Origin: an uncultured virus (IMG/VR IMGVR_UViG_3300025371_000001)
Lineage: Adnaviria > Zilligvirae > Taleaviricota > Tokiviricetes > Ligamenvirales > Lipothrixviridae
IMG/VR virus record: IMGVR_UViG_3300025371_000001
Reading direction: 5' to 3' (one strand)
Length of the DNA: 40,872 nt
Part shown: positions 1-8,559 of the stretch, in pieces
Layout: every line of letters begins with the position of its first letter
Position numbering within the stretch: position 1 is the first letter of the stretch
The notes under the pieces: generated by a model
What the model saw: only the letters and a program-made list of their open reading frames with translations
Database searches by the model: none
Told to the model about the DNA's origin: nothing
Program-made: the position numbers and the translations under genes

Positions 1-81
1 CCTCAGCCATATAAGCTATCCTAATCAAAAAGAAATAAACTTTTTCTTCTCACACTTTCCCGCACTTTTACTAAAGATTAA

Positions 82-114
82 AAGCCCCACCCTTCAAGGC
101 GGGGAGGAGGTCAG
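82..114 (+). mobile_element. IS200/IS605-like right-end remnant (hairpin + GGAGGAGGTCAG)
   Basis: AAGCCCCACCCTTCAAGGCGGGGAGGAGGTCAG: imperfect GC hairpin followed by a TCAG end, as recalled for Sulfolobales IS200/IS605 elements. No transposase in the window. Confidence 0.6.
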
Positions 115-148
115 AAAAGTTTTTAGATTTCCTACCAGCTTTAAACAT

Positions 149-1585
149 ATGTATATTAAGCCCATTATAAGATTTCCATACACTGTTTTAGTTCAGCCCA
201 ACGTTGGTAATGGTATGCCGCAACCTATGGTTGTTGACAGCAAAGGTCGTATCATAGTAGATAGTGAAGGAAATATATTGTCACCAGAAGCATGTTCGCC
301 TGGAGTGAATTGTGTAGGTCAGAAAACACAGACTGCTGGAATACAAGAAGCAATAAATTATGCTAAAAATACTGGTGGGCTTTTTGTTCGTCTTAAATCT
401 GGTTTATATACTATTAATTCTCCGCTATCAATACCCTCGTATATTGGTATAGATTTTTCTGACGCACAAGTTGAACTTTCTTCATCCTTCTCATCTCCAT
501 ACGCAATACAGATAAATGGTCAGTTTGTAAAATTATATAACCTCGACCTTAACATGAATAACGTGCCAAATGTCGGAGCAATCACAATGTCATCATCGTT
601 ATCAAATAATTTTGCTTACCTAACTATGAAGAATATAAACATCTATAATTTTGCACAAGGGCCACCATATAACCAGATAGGGATATATTTAACTGGATAC
701 AATTCGTTTATCGAAGACTTACAGCTAGCGGGTAATCCAACGATGGCGATGGTAATAGAATCTGGTGCAGACATTTATGTTAATAATGTATTAATTATCA
801 ATGCATCGTCAGCACTGCAAATATACGGTAGTGAGCACATCTTCCTTAATAATATAGATCTCGACTCTAATGGTTCTCAATATGCACAATCATCGATCAT
901 GATTATTGACACCTCACATTCAGTCTTAATAAACAACCTATCAATATGGTTCAATGGTACAGTATACAATTATCAAAACTATAGCGGTACTGTCGGGTTA
1001 CAGATAGGTAGTCCAAACACTTCATATACTTCTAGTACACATAATAGTGATATCGTAATAAACAACCTAAACATCATAGATGCGAACGTAACATATGGGT
1101 TAGTTATATATGATGGTATAGGACTTAGGATAAAAGGTTTCATAGGTAATCCTCCGCTTTACACTACAATTTACCCTGTAAATACTGGAATAAGTTTTGG
1201 TACGAATTCAACAGCAGTAATCCAAAATAGTGCTATTGATATAGATTATTATAATTTACAAACTATAACTTCCAATTTCCCCCCAATTAACAGTTACAAC
1301 ACATTAATCGTTAGGCCGCCATATAATCCCACAACCCCAACAGTACCAGCTAGCGGTACTGCAACATATAACTACAATCCTTTCCCAGTATTAGTATATT
1401 TATATGGTGGTAGCGTGACCGAGATACAAGTCACAAAAGCGTTTAATGGTATTGTATATACTGTATTTTCAGCATCGTCTGGTACAGCATTAATGGGTAA
1501 TCCTATACGTCTTGACCCTGGTGATTCAATAACGATAACTTATTCATCAGCACCATCATGGATATGGGTACCAGCTATTAGCTGA
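149..1585 (+). CDS. Putative virion or receptor-binding protein with right-handed beta-helix (pectin-lyase-like) and a small C-terminal beta domain
   Basis: 478 aa; TAGIQEAINYA...LKSGLYTINSPL cap motif; repeated N/I-rich beta-strand periodicity; leaderless ATG after a TATA-like TTTTTAG. Confidence 0.6.
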   Translation: MYIKPIIRFPYTVLVQPNVGNGMPQPMVVDSKGRIIVDSEGNILSPEACSPGVNCVGQKTQTAGIQEAINYAKNTGGLFVRLKSGLYTINSPLSIPSYIGIDFSDAQVELSSSFSSPYAIQINGQFVKLYNLDLNMNNVPNVGAITMSSSLSNNFAYLTMKNINIYNFAQGPPYNQIGIYLTGYNSFIEDLQLAGNPTMAMVIESGADIYVNNVLIINASSALQIYGSEHIFLNNIDLDSNGSQYAQSSIMIIDTSHSVLINNLSIWFNGTVYNYQNYSGTVGLQIGSPNTSYTSSTHNSDIVINNLNIIDANVTYGLVIYDGIGLRIKGFIGNPPLYTTIYPVNTGISFGTNSTAVIQNSAIDIDYYNLQTITSNFPPINSYNTLIVRPPYNPTTPTVPASGTATYNYNPFPVLVYLYGGSVTEIQVTKAFNGIVYTVFSASSGTALMGNPIRLDPGDSITITYSSAPSWIWVPAIS

Positions 1586-1717
1586 CAAAATGAACGACAA
1601 GCCTCGCCTTTGTCAACAGTTTCAGATAACCTGTAAAGTTTATGTCATTTGATATCATTTAACATTACTAACTATCCCTTAACGAAAATTTATAAACTTT
1701 TCCATTAACATTAACAT

Positions 1718-1921
1718 GTAGAAGAGAGCCCTACAGTGAACCCGAGGAGCAATGTGAGGGGGAGGATGGGTTCGATGAGGCTCCCCATGTCGTGGCTGGG
1801 AGTCCATACTCCCTAACCTAGGCGTGGGGAGCCAGACAAGGGGAATGAGGACGAGGGTTGATATGAAATATCATGAAACTCTATGAAAGTCCGACCCCCG
1901 TCAAAGCATGGAGGAGGTCAG
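1718..1921 (+). ncRNA. Candidate structured RNA ending in an IS200/IS605-type right end (TnpB omegaRNA-like, orphan)
   Basis: BRE/TATA GAAAATTTATAAA 1684-1696; GC-rich; stem GGCTCCCCATGTC (1779-1791) / GGCGTGGGGAGCC (1821-1833) enclosing a GGGAGT/ACTCCC hairpin; ends GGAGGAGGTCAG. Confidence 0.5.
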
Positions 1922-1974
1922 AACGTTAAGCGTTTTTAGTAAGATTTTTTAACCATTCATGTATCATATTCTCT

Positions 1975-3876
1975 ATGGAACGTAAGACACTCATAATCAT
2001 TCTCTCAGCAGCATTAGCAATAATCATAGCAGTACTCATTTACTATTTCTTCATACTGAAGAAACCAGTAGCACAAGTGAGCGGAATTGAGACCTTTATA
2101 TTATCTCCAGCTAACCCATCTCAATCCACATCTATTACAATACCAACTGGTACGCAGTTAACGTTTGGTATTTATTTGAGTAACGCTAAACCAAATAGTA
2201 CATATACCGTACAGTTAGCAGGTAATACGTATCAAATAAACACTGATGGTAACGGTAACGGAGGGATAGCATTAGCTACTTCTCCAATATCTTCAAACAC
2301 TACAGTAGTATTAACAATAACTGGGCCTTGTATACCATCTGCTTATACACTCAATATTAGTGTAACAACATCTTCAATAACTACAACAATTCCACCACCA
2401 ACAACGACTTCATCAACAACAACCACAATTCTACCGCCACCACCAACTACGACAACTACAATTCCACCACCAACTTCATCAACAACAGTAACTCCGACTT
2501 CTACTATAGTCAGTGGAGGTTCTCAATATAACGGTTTATTAATAGGATTTGAGACCCTGTTTAGTTCAACATCGTCTACCCCGTCACAGCAAGGTAATAT
2601 ACCGTTTTCTGTGTTAATATTACCTACTCATCCATCTGGCGGTGCTGTTTGGGCATATGTATTTACTCCACAACAAGTATCTAATCCTTCATTATTACAG
2701 CTATGTATTTCAGGAGCAGGCGTGAACACATGTTCTGGTAATACTGGAGGAGCTTCTTATGTAGGGACATATAATGGTTATTATGTATATGAGTTCTGGT
2801 ACCCACAACAGATGTATTTAAATCAATCTTTCAGTGTATATCTAGGCATGTGTCCAGCAAGTAACCCAAGTTGTTATGCAGGAGCAGGATTAACTCCAGT
2901 TTCAGAAACAATAACTGTACCAGGCGGAGTCCCAGATTATGTTGCTAACGGATATCAATTAGCCATACCTTCTAATAATTGGCTACAATATTTACAACAA
3001 TTTGGTGTAAGTATATCCAACTATCAAGTAATTGCACCAGAATTCTTATTTGGTACAGAAGCAAGTCCTCAATACTTCTTGCTCAATTACTTGTGCAGCC
3101 CCGTGAACAACAGTTATTATGGTGGTAGTGGCGACCCATCGACTATACAACAATTAGTAACCTCTGGTAAACTCTTCTTCGGTCAAATATTTACCACACC
3201 AGCATTGATAAGTTCTTGTTCAGGGTACAGTGGTGGATGTTTTGGACTATTATATGGTATGGCGTTCCCAGGAGACACTGCAGGAATAAACAATTCACAA
3301 ATACCACTACCAAGTAATTGGCAATTACAAGGAGGATTGTATCCAGACGTAGAGGTAAACATAGTGATAAAGAACGGTCAATTATGTGCTCAACCCACTA
3401 CATTCAATGGATACGATGCACCTGCACTCATAGAAGCTTTAGGAGCCAGTAACCCATTACCTTTGCCTGCGTCTGGCGTACCTCTTGGTCAAGTGAATTT
3501 CGTTTCGTGGTATAAGAATTATATCGTCGATTATAATAGTAACTTACCAACAATAAACGTAAACGGTGTACCCTTACAATTCTATTCAATGAGCAATAGC
3601 ATATTTACCGAACCAGTTTCAGGGAAAGGGTTGCCTGGTGTTGGACAACAATACAGCGTAGTAATAGGGCCGGCTAACGGGCAATACGGCCCGTATCTAA
3701 GGCCTACTATAACATTTACCCTATATCAATTTAATACTGTACAAGATTATATAAATTGGGTAGTTAACGCGATAAATAATGGACAATATGTGCTACATGT
3801 ATATAGCACACCAATAACTGTGTCAGGAATGACACTTTCAAGCTATTATATCGAAATAACAGCACCACCACCATAA
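1975..3876 (+). CDS. Membrane-anchored or secreted surface (glyco)protein with Thr/Pro-rich linker
   Basis: 633 aa; N-terminal hydrophobic helix flanked by basic residues; TTTIPPP repeats; Cys-, Gly- and Tyr-rich body. Confidence 0.75.
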   Translation: MERKTLIIILSAALAIIIAVLIYYFFILKKPVAQVSGIETFILSPANPSQSTSITIPTGTQLTFGIYLSNAKPNSTYTVQLAGNTYQINTDGNGNGGIALATSPISSNTTVVLTITGPCIPSAYTLNISVTTSSITTTIPPPTTTSSTTTTILPPPPTTTTTIPPPTSSTTVTPTSTIVSGGSQYNGLLIGFETLFSSTSSTPSQQGNIPFSVLILPTHPSGGAVWAYVFTPQQVSNPSLLQLCISGAGVNTCSGNTGGASYVGTYNGYYVYEFWYPQQMYLNQSFSVYLGMCPASNPSCYAGAGLTPVSETITVPGGVPDYVANGYQLAIPSNNWLQYLQQFGVSISNYQVIAPEFLFGTEASPQYFLLNYLCSPVNNSYYGGSGDPSTIQQLVTSGKLFFGQIFTTPALISSCSGYSGGCFGLLYGMAFPGDTAGINNSQIPLPSNWQLQGGLYPDVEVNIVIKNGQLCAQPTTFNGYDAPALIEALGASNPLPLPASGVPLGQVNFVSWYKNYIVDYNSNLPTINVNGVPLQFYSMSNSIFTEPVSGKGLPGVGQQYSVVIGPANGQYGPYLRPTITFTLYQFNTVQDYINWVVNAINNGQYVLHVYSTPITVSGMTLSSYYIEITAPPP

Positions 3877-3986
3877 AAGTGTAAGAATATATGTGGGTTC
3901 AACAATCACTATACTGTTTTTTCGAAGCTATAATAGTTGCATTGTGGGCAATAGCTGCGTATTTGGCATATATACTCTACAATTTG

Positions 3987-4091
3987 TTAACTGGAGAAAG
4001 CTAGCATTTGGTAGATAGCAAATACGAGCATGCCTATACCGAATGCTAGAAGAAATAGTGCTGCTATCAACGTCATTGCTTGAATATTCAT
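3987..4091 (-). CDS. Small single-TM peptide (34 aa), not in the ORF track
   Basis: MNIQAMTLIAALFLLAFGIGMLVFAIYQMLAFSS; SD-like GGCGGGG just upstream on the minus strand; divergent TTTTAAA box near 4133-4139. Confidence 0.55.
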   Translation of the reverse strand: MNIQAMTLIAALFLLAFGIGMLVFAIYQMLAFSS

Positions 4092-4187
4092 TATTAATAA
4101 CCCCGCCTAAGTACAAAGTTGTATAGGTAAAATTTAAAATTTTTTGTAGTTAAGGGTTAGAAAGCTTGCAGATGAGATGAGGCCAAG

Positions 4188-4463
4188 TTGTATGTAGTTG
4201 TAATAGATAAATTGCGGGAAGGACTAGAATGCATTAAAGAAGGAGATATAGAATTATACGACGATATAGTTACAGTTTTGTCAGACAAGGACATTATCGA
4301 GGAATATTTCGTAAATGTATCAGACGAAACATGGAACACCTTTAAGGATCCATATGCAAAAAGGGTTTTTGTAAATGAATCAGAACTAGAGAAATACCTC
4401 AAGGCAGCTACATACGTTTTTGTCTATAAAAACGGAACTGTTAAATTATGTGTTTACCCGTAA
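4188..4463 (+). CDS. Hypothetical protein (91 aa)
   Basis: TTG start after GAGG; upstream TTTAAA box; normal composition. Confidence 0.6.
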   Translation: MYVVVIDKLREGLECIKEGDIELYDDIVTVLSDKDIIEEYFVNVSDETWNTFKDPYAKRVFVNESELEKYLKAATYVFVYKNGTVKLCVYP

Positions 4464-4560
4464 CTTTTCCTTTTCTCAACTCGTACTCTTTTTCTATATA
4501 CCTCTTCGAACTTCTCTCCTTCTTTCTCTCTCCCTCTTCTCGTTTCATCAGTATGAAATT

Positions 4561-4634
4561 AAAACTACGTCACTCAGGACTGGGTAAAATTTAAATTCCA
4601 GAACGTGTAAAGTGTAATAAAATACTCCGAATGT
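4561..4634 (+). promoter_or_regulatory. Array leader/promoter, copy 1
   Basis: AAAACTACGT.ACTCAG.AC.G.GTAAAATTTAAATT..AGAAC....AAAGTGTAATAAAA, conserved before arrays 1, 3 and 4; TATA TTTAAA 4590-4595. Confidence 0.8.
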
Positions 4635-4875
4635 TGCACATAAGCAAAACAATTGCTCAATAATCACATCGCTGCACACAAGCAATCGGCATATTCAATA
4701 ACAAAAAGTTTGCACACAAGCAAGTCAAGACATCAATAACCGCTCCACTGCACACCAGCAAGAGGAGAAGTCGATAATGTGCATATTGCACACAAGCAAT
4801 CCTGATTGTTAATAAAATACAAATTGCACACGAGCAAGATAAAATTTCAATAAGAGTTAGATTGCACACAAACAA
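4635..4875 (+). repeat. TIGR-like dual-repeat guide array 1 (6 units, 38-nt period)
   Basis: Repeat TGCACAYAAGCAA at 4635, 4673, 4711, 4749, 4787, 4825, 4863, alternating with TCAATAA; two variable 9-nt spacers per unit. Confidence 0.9.
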
Positions 4876-4888
4876 CCATTCATAGTCA

Positions 4889-4948
4889 CGTCCTCTCACC
4901 GAAAACTTTTTAAACCCTCTTTCTTTTTTTCCATGTGGGGGTGGAAAT
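4889..4948 (+). promoter_or_regulatory. Repeated viral promoter cassette driving the Nop-domain gene
   Basis: CGTCCTCTCACCGAAAACTTTTTAAACC + pyrimidine tract + GGTGG SD + ATG; about 13 copies in the window. Confidence 0.8.
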
Positions 4949-5980
4949 ATGAGTGAAAAAGATTTGGTGAATTTAAGGGATTTGGTAGCGTTCAGAGACG
5001 ACTTAATTAAGCTTCGTGTAGCATATGGAAATAGAATAGGTGCAAAAAAAGAGAAAAACGGTTGGGTATTCATAAGGAGATATTCGGTATGTAAGAATAA
5101 TCACTTAGTGCTGCTTAAGGAAGACGAAAAACGTGACAAATGTCCAATATGTAATGAACCAGTCAAAATTGTTGAAGAAACGCCGTCGGATGAACTCGTA
5201 CAAAGATACATGGAATTACTTAAACAACAAGAGATAGTCGAAGGACTTATAGCGGACGCTGTTACTAAATTCCCCGAGTTTACCAACTTCTTGGCATTTA
5301 TTAGGGGTATAGGACCAGCTAACGCTGCAAGACTCCTCGCTTATGCGTATCCGCCAAGGTACCAATACAGAGTCAATGCGTTCAGGAAATATGCGGGCCT
5401 GGCAGTAATGTTTACATGTCCTAAATGCGGGTATTACTATTACGCTGGTGAATCCTCGAACGGTAAACCGGCCGTTCCCTCGAAAGAGGGTTGGCTGTGC
5501 CCTAACGACGGTACCAAACTCATAGGTACAGCAGCAAGAAACGTTAAGTACAATAGGACTGTTAAGACGTTTTTACTAGGGATTCTAGCTAATAACCTTA
5601 TATTAGCTGGTGGTGTTTACGCAAAGATAATAAAATCATTTAAGGAGGAAATTGCGTCCAAACACCCAGACTGGCCTAAACTAAAAGTACAGAGGACTGC
5701 TATCAGGAAAGCAATATCCTTACTATTAACACAATACTTTGCCATCTCCTTGCATTATCGAGAAGGAGTGCCACTAACTGAAGCCTATAAGGTAGTTTTG
5801 GGGAAAGAATATGAAGTCATAAGTAAACATGAAGACTTTATAATTGCTCCAGTGACTGATTACTACGTTGATATAAAATCAACTAAATATAAGGCAAGAG
5901 CTGAAAAGGTAATAGAGGAGTTGGGGGTAAATAAGGATGAGGTAATAGCATGGCTTAAGAAGAAAAAGATTATTGAATGA
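4949..5980 (+). CDS. IS110/Nop-domain RNA-binding protein, TasA-like (no RuvC/HNH), with two Zn-ribbon insertions
   Basis: LRDLVAFRDDLIKLRVAYGNRI helix; IRGIGPANAARLLA...FRKYAGL motif; YNRTVKTFL...RTAIRKAISLLL tail, all typical of the IS110 C-terminal/Nop region; no N-terminal DEDD domain; CxxxH..CxxC and CxxC..CxxD; flanked on both sides by dual-repeat arrays. Confidence 0.8.
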   Translation: MSEKDLVNLRDLVAFRDDLIKLRVAYGNRIGAKKEKNGWVFIRRYSVCKNNHLVLLKEDEKRDKCPICNEPVKIVEETPSDELVQRYMELLKQQEIVEGLIADAVTKFPEFTNFLAFIRGIGPANAARLLAYAYPPRYQYRVNAFRKYAGLAVMFTCPKCGYYYYAGESSNGKPAVPSKEGWLCPNDGTKLIGTAARNVKYNRTVKTFLLGILANNLILAGGVYAKIIKSFKEEIASKHPDWPKLKVQRTAIRKAISLLLTQYFAISLHYREGVPLTEAYKVVLGKEYEVISKHEDFIIAPVTDYYVDIKSTKYKARAEKVIEELGVNKDEVIAWLKKKKIIE

Positions 5981-5981
5981 T

Positions 5982-6389
5982 TGCACACAAGCAAAATATC
6001 CATTCAATAATATTTATATTGCACACAAGCAATAAAATCGCTCAATAAAAATGTAGATGCACATAAGCAACCAAAAGGCTTAATAACGTGGTCGTTGCAC
6101 ACAAGCAATTAGGGAGTTCAATAAGATGGAGTCTGCACACAAGCAATCAGCTATTTCAGTAATGAATGTACGTGCACATAAGCAATAAATACGTTCAACA
6201 ATGAAATCAATGCACACAAGCAAGAAAAGATTTTAATAATTATTTTCCTGCACATAAGCAAACAAGGCATTTAATAATCGAAATCTTGCACACAAGCAAA
6301 GGAGAGGGTTCAATAATGGTGTCACTGCACATCTTTTGCACATAAGCAACTGATTGATTATTAATAAAATACCAATTGCACACAATACC
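5982..6389 (+). repeat. TIGR-like dual-repeat guide array 2 (10 units)
   Basis: Repeats at 5982, 6020, 6058, 6096, 6134, 6173, 6211, 6249, 6287, (6326 partial), 6337, 6377 (degenerate); begins 1 nt after the stop codon of the Nop-domain gene. Confidence 0.9.
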
Positions 6390-6503
6390 AAAACTTTAAA
6401 CCCTATCGATACAATTACAAAGTTGGGGGTTAAGGGGGTGGAAAGCCTCGCCTCTCTGAGGCGGGGTAAAATTTTTAAACCTAAACAATTATTTATCTCC
6501 AAG

Positions 6504-7103
6504 ATGTCCTCCTTCGATCAATTTAATGAGACAAACAACATACCATCTATATCTATTCCTAAAGATTCACCGATAGAGATATATTTACCTAGGGATGTAT
6601 TATACTGTGACGGGACTTCAGCAATCCTTCCAGAAGATTATGTATTAAAAGAGGGTAACTTGAGACTGTTTGTACCTAAAACTAAAATCGATGAAGTTGT
6701 CAACGCGATGAAAAGATGTGGTTTCCACGAGGAAAAGGTATGTGATGGCGAGAAGTATTCTCTTGTAACAAGATTTTTCTATTATGTTAATCTGCATGTT
6801 AAAATATACGACGACGGTTTTATTGATGGATACTTTGAAGTTTCACAAAAGGATAGGAAATATAACTACACTGTTCCTTCAATTTATGAAGTATTTGAAA
6901 TTTATAGAACTGTGTACAACAATTTATACATATTCGATAACGTCGCTAATAAGTGGATCAAAGAAGTGAGTGTACATTATGCAGTAACGCTAAATCCCCC
7001 TAATTCCTCAGCATCGTTCCAAATCGCTGTAGGGCCTTTAAGCATAATTGGAATCTTAGCTTATCCTCTCTCAAGGTTAACTTGTCCTTCCTCTCCAAGT
7101 TAG
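6504..7103 (+). CDS. Hypothetical protein (about 199 aa) with hydrophobic C-terminus
   Basis: Start moved to ATG 6504, about 24 nt after TTTTTAAA 6472-6479; the upstream extension in the ORF track runs through the array end and an IS-end-like hairpin. Confidence 0.7.
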   Translation: MSSFDQFNETNNIPSISIPKDSPIEIYLPRDVLYCDGTSAILPEDYVLKEGNLRLFVPKTKIDEVVNAMKRCGFHEEKVCDGEKYSLVTRFFYYVNLHVKIYDDGFIDGYFEVSQKDRKYNYTVPSIYEVFEIYRTVYNNLYIFDNVANKWIKEVSVHYAVTLNPPNSSASFQIAVGPLSIIGILAYPLSRLTCPSSPS

Positions 7104-7160
7104 AAACCTCTCACCGAAAGCTTTTTAACCCCCTTTTCTCTTTTTCTCATGGGCGGAAAA

Positions 7161-7538
7161 ATGTATAAGATCATAGTTAAGGATTTTGATTTGAATCGGC
7201 TCTTTTCGTTTATGGAAACTTATTCTGGAGTACGTATCTATCTGTGGAAAACCGATGACGCCGAATTATGTTCATGGTCAAATCCATCTTACGTTTCAGA
7301 CATAATAGTAGAGAGGGACGCACTTAACGAGTGGAAGAAAATATGTGAACTGGGAGACGATGTAGTCAAAAACGTAAATGTAGTAGATAAAGTGGACTTA
7401 AAGCAGTACTTTAAATATAATGTTCCAGATTACGTCCCACTACAAGATATTGATATTTTAGTATTAAATCATCTGTGGATGGTGGAAATTCCCGCACTTT
7501 TGCAGAACTTCAACGAAGGTTCCGGGAACAATAGTTAA
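7161..7538 (+). CDS. Hypothetical protein
   Basis: Follows the promoter cassette at 7107-7160 with a GGCGG SD. Confidence 0.7.
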   Translation: MYKIIVKDFDLNRLFSFMETYSGVRIYLWKTDDAELCSWSNPSYVSDIIVERDALNEWKKICELGDDVVKNVNVVDKVDLKQYFKYNVPDYVPLQDIDILVLNHLWMVEIPALLQNFNEGSGNNS

Positions 7539-7571
7539 CTTGTTACACCCGCACTTTTGCAGAACTTCAAC
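7491..7571. CRISPR. Possible mini-CRISPR: two identical 24-nt repeats with a 33-nt spacer
   Basis: CCCGCACTTTTGCAGAACTTCAAC at 7491-7514 and 7548-7571; only two copies and no cas genes. Confidence 0.4.
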
Positions 7572-7613
7572 CATCCGCACGCAGTCGCTATCGTCGGCAT
7601 CGTCTCTTATTCA

Positions 7614-7668
7614 CGTGGGGGTGCGTGCCCCACAGGACGCGGGTCTACCCCTTTCGGGGAACCCCGCC
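7614..7668. other. GC-rich tandem hairpins
   Basis: GTGGGG..CCCCAC and GCGGG-TCTA-CCCC-TTTC-GGGG-AAC-CCCGC (GAAA tetraloop on the minus strand). Confidence 0.55.
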
Positions 7669-7878
7669 TAAGTATCAGTTAGTGCAGTAGAATTTATAGT
7701 TTTCTGTAGTTAAGGGGACGAAAAACCTCATAGATGGTTGTGGGTCAGATCTGAGCTGTTACGTTCAGTTCTGATTAACGTTTCTATCTTTCCTCACTTC
7801 GTACTCTTTCTCTATATACCTCTTCGAACTTCTTCCCTTCTTTTCCCTCTCTTCACTCCGTTTCATCAGTACGAAATT

Positions 7879-7953
7879 AAAACTACGTTACTCAGTACGG
7901 AGTAAAATTTAAATTCTAGAACAGTTAAAGTGTAATAAAAACACCTCGAATGT
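7879..7953 (+). promoter_or_regulatory. Array leader/promoter, copy 2
   Basis: Near-identical to 4561-4634; TATA 7908-7913. Confidence 0.8.
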
Positions 7954-8400
7954 TGCACACAAGCAAAATAGGCACTCAATAAAGAGACTGTTGCACACAA
8001 GCAAGATAACGACTCAATAAGTAAAGTAGTGCACATAAGCAAGAGTGAACGCCAATAATAATATTTTTGCACACAAGCAACAAAGCCATTCAACAAATAT
8101 CTGATTGCACACAAGCAAGGTATTCCTTCAATAATTCTGCCGTTGCACATAAGCAAGATAACGACTCAATAATTATATTGCTGCACACAAGCAACGAAAT
8201 TGCTCAATAAAAATGTAGATGCACACAAGCAATAATGCATTTCAATAAGTTGCGTATTGCACACAAGCAAAGGTAAGCTTTAATAATCAGTCTCCTGCAC
8301 ATAAGCAATCAAAAAAGTCAATAATATAATCTCTGCACGTAAGCAAACAAAGGATTCAATAATTTTCTACTTGCACACAAGCAACAAAGAAGTTCAATAA
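7954..8400 (+). repeat. TIGR-like dual-repeat guide array 3 (11 complete units + 1 partial)
   Basis: Repeats every 38 nt from 7954 to 8372; all spacers are 9 nt. Confidence 0.9.
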
Positions 8401-8559
8401 AATACATCTCTAAGTTTTCACCATGTCTTATGAAGCCTCGCCCCTTCTAGGGGTGTTTTTAAAAAAGTTTTCAAGCTCAGGCTGCAAGGATTTTCCAATA
8501 ATGCTATAAGATTAGAAAACTTTAATAGGCACTATTTAAAAACAATTAATAGAGTAGTG

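Noticed and set aside
3928..4402. ORFs 3928-4116 (-) and 4157-4402 (-), and other short antisense ORFs inside long + genes
   Set aside because: Shadow ORFs without SD or promoter support; better-supported frames overlap them.
4914..4922. Spacer AAAGAGGGT (11643) matches the minus strand of the effector promoter, suggesting autoregulation
   Set aside because: A single 9-mer match is expected by chance, and the partner spacer ATACTGTAA does not match the adjacent sequence well.
4657..5073. Minus-strand ORFs across the arrays (also 6233-6502, 7866-8156, 11121-11375)
   Set aside because: Their translations are periodic LLMC/ACVQ/CLCA echoes of the repeats.
4949..5980. Calling the gene an active IS110 transposase
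   Set aside because: It lacks the N-terminal DEDD/RuvC domain and a recognisable catalytic Ser motif, and its context is guide arrays.
6354..6503. N-terminal extension of the 6354-7103 ORF
   Set aside because: It runs through the array end, a hairpin and a TATA box; ATG 6504 fits a leaderless start.
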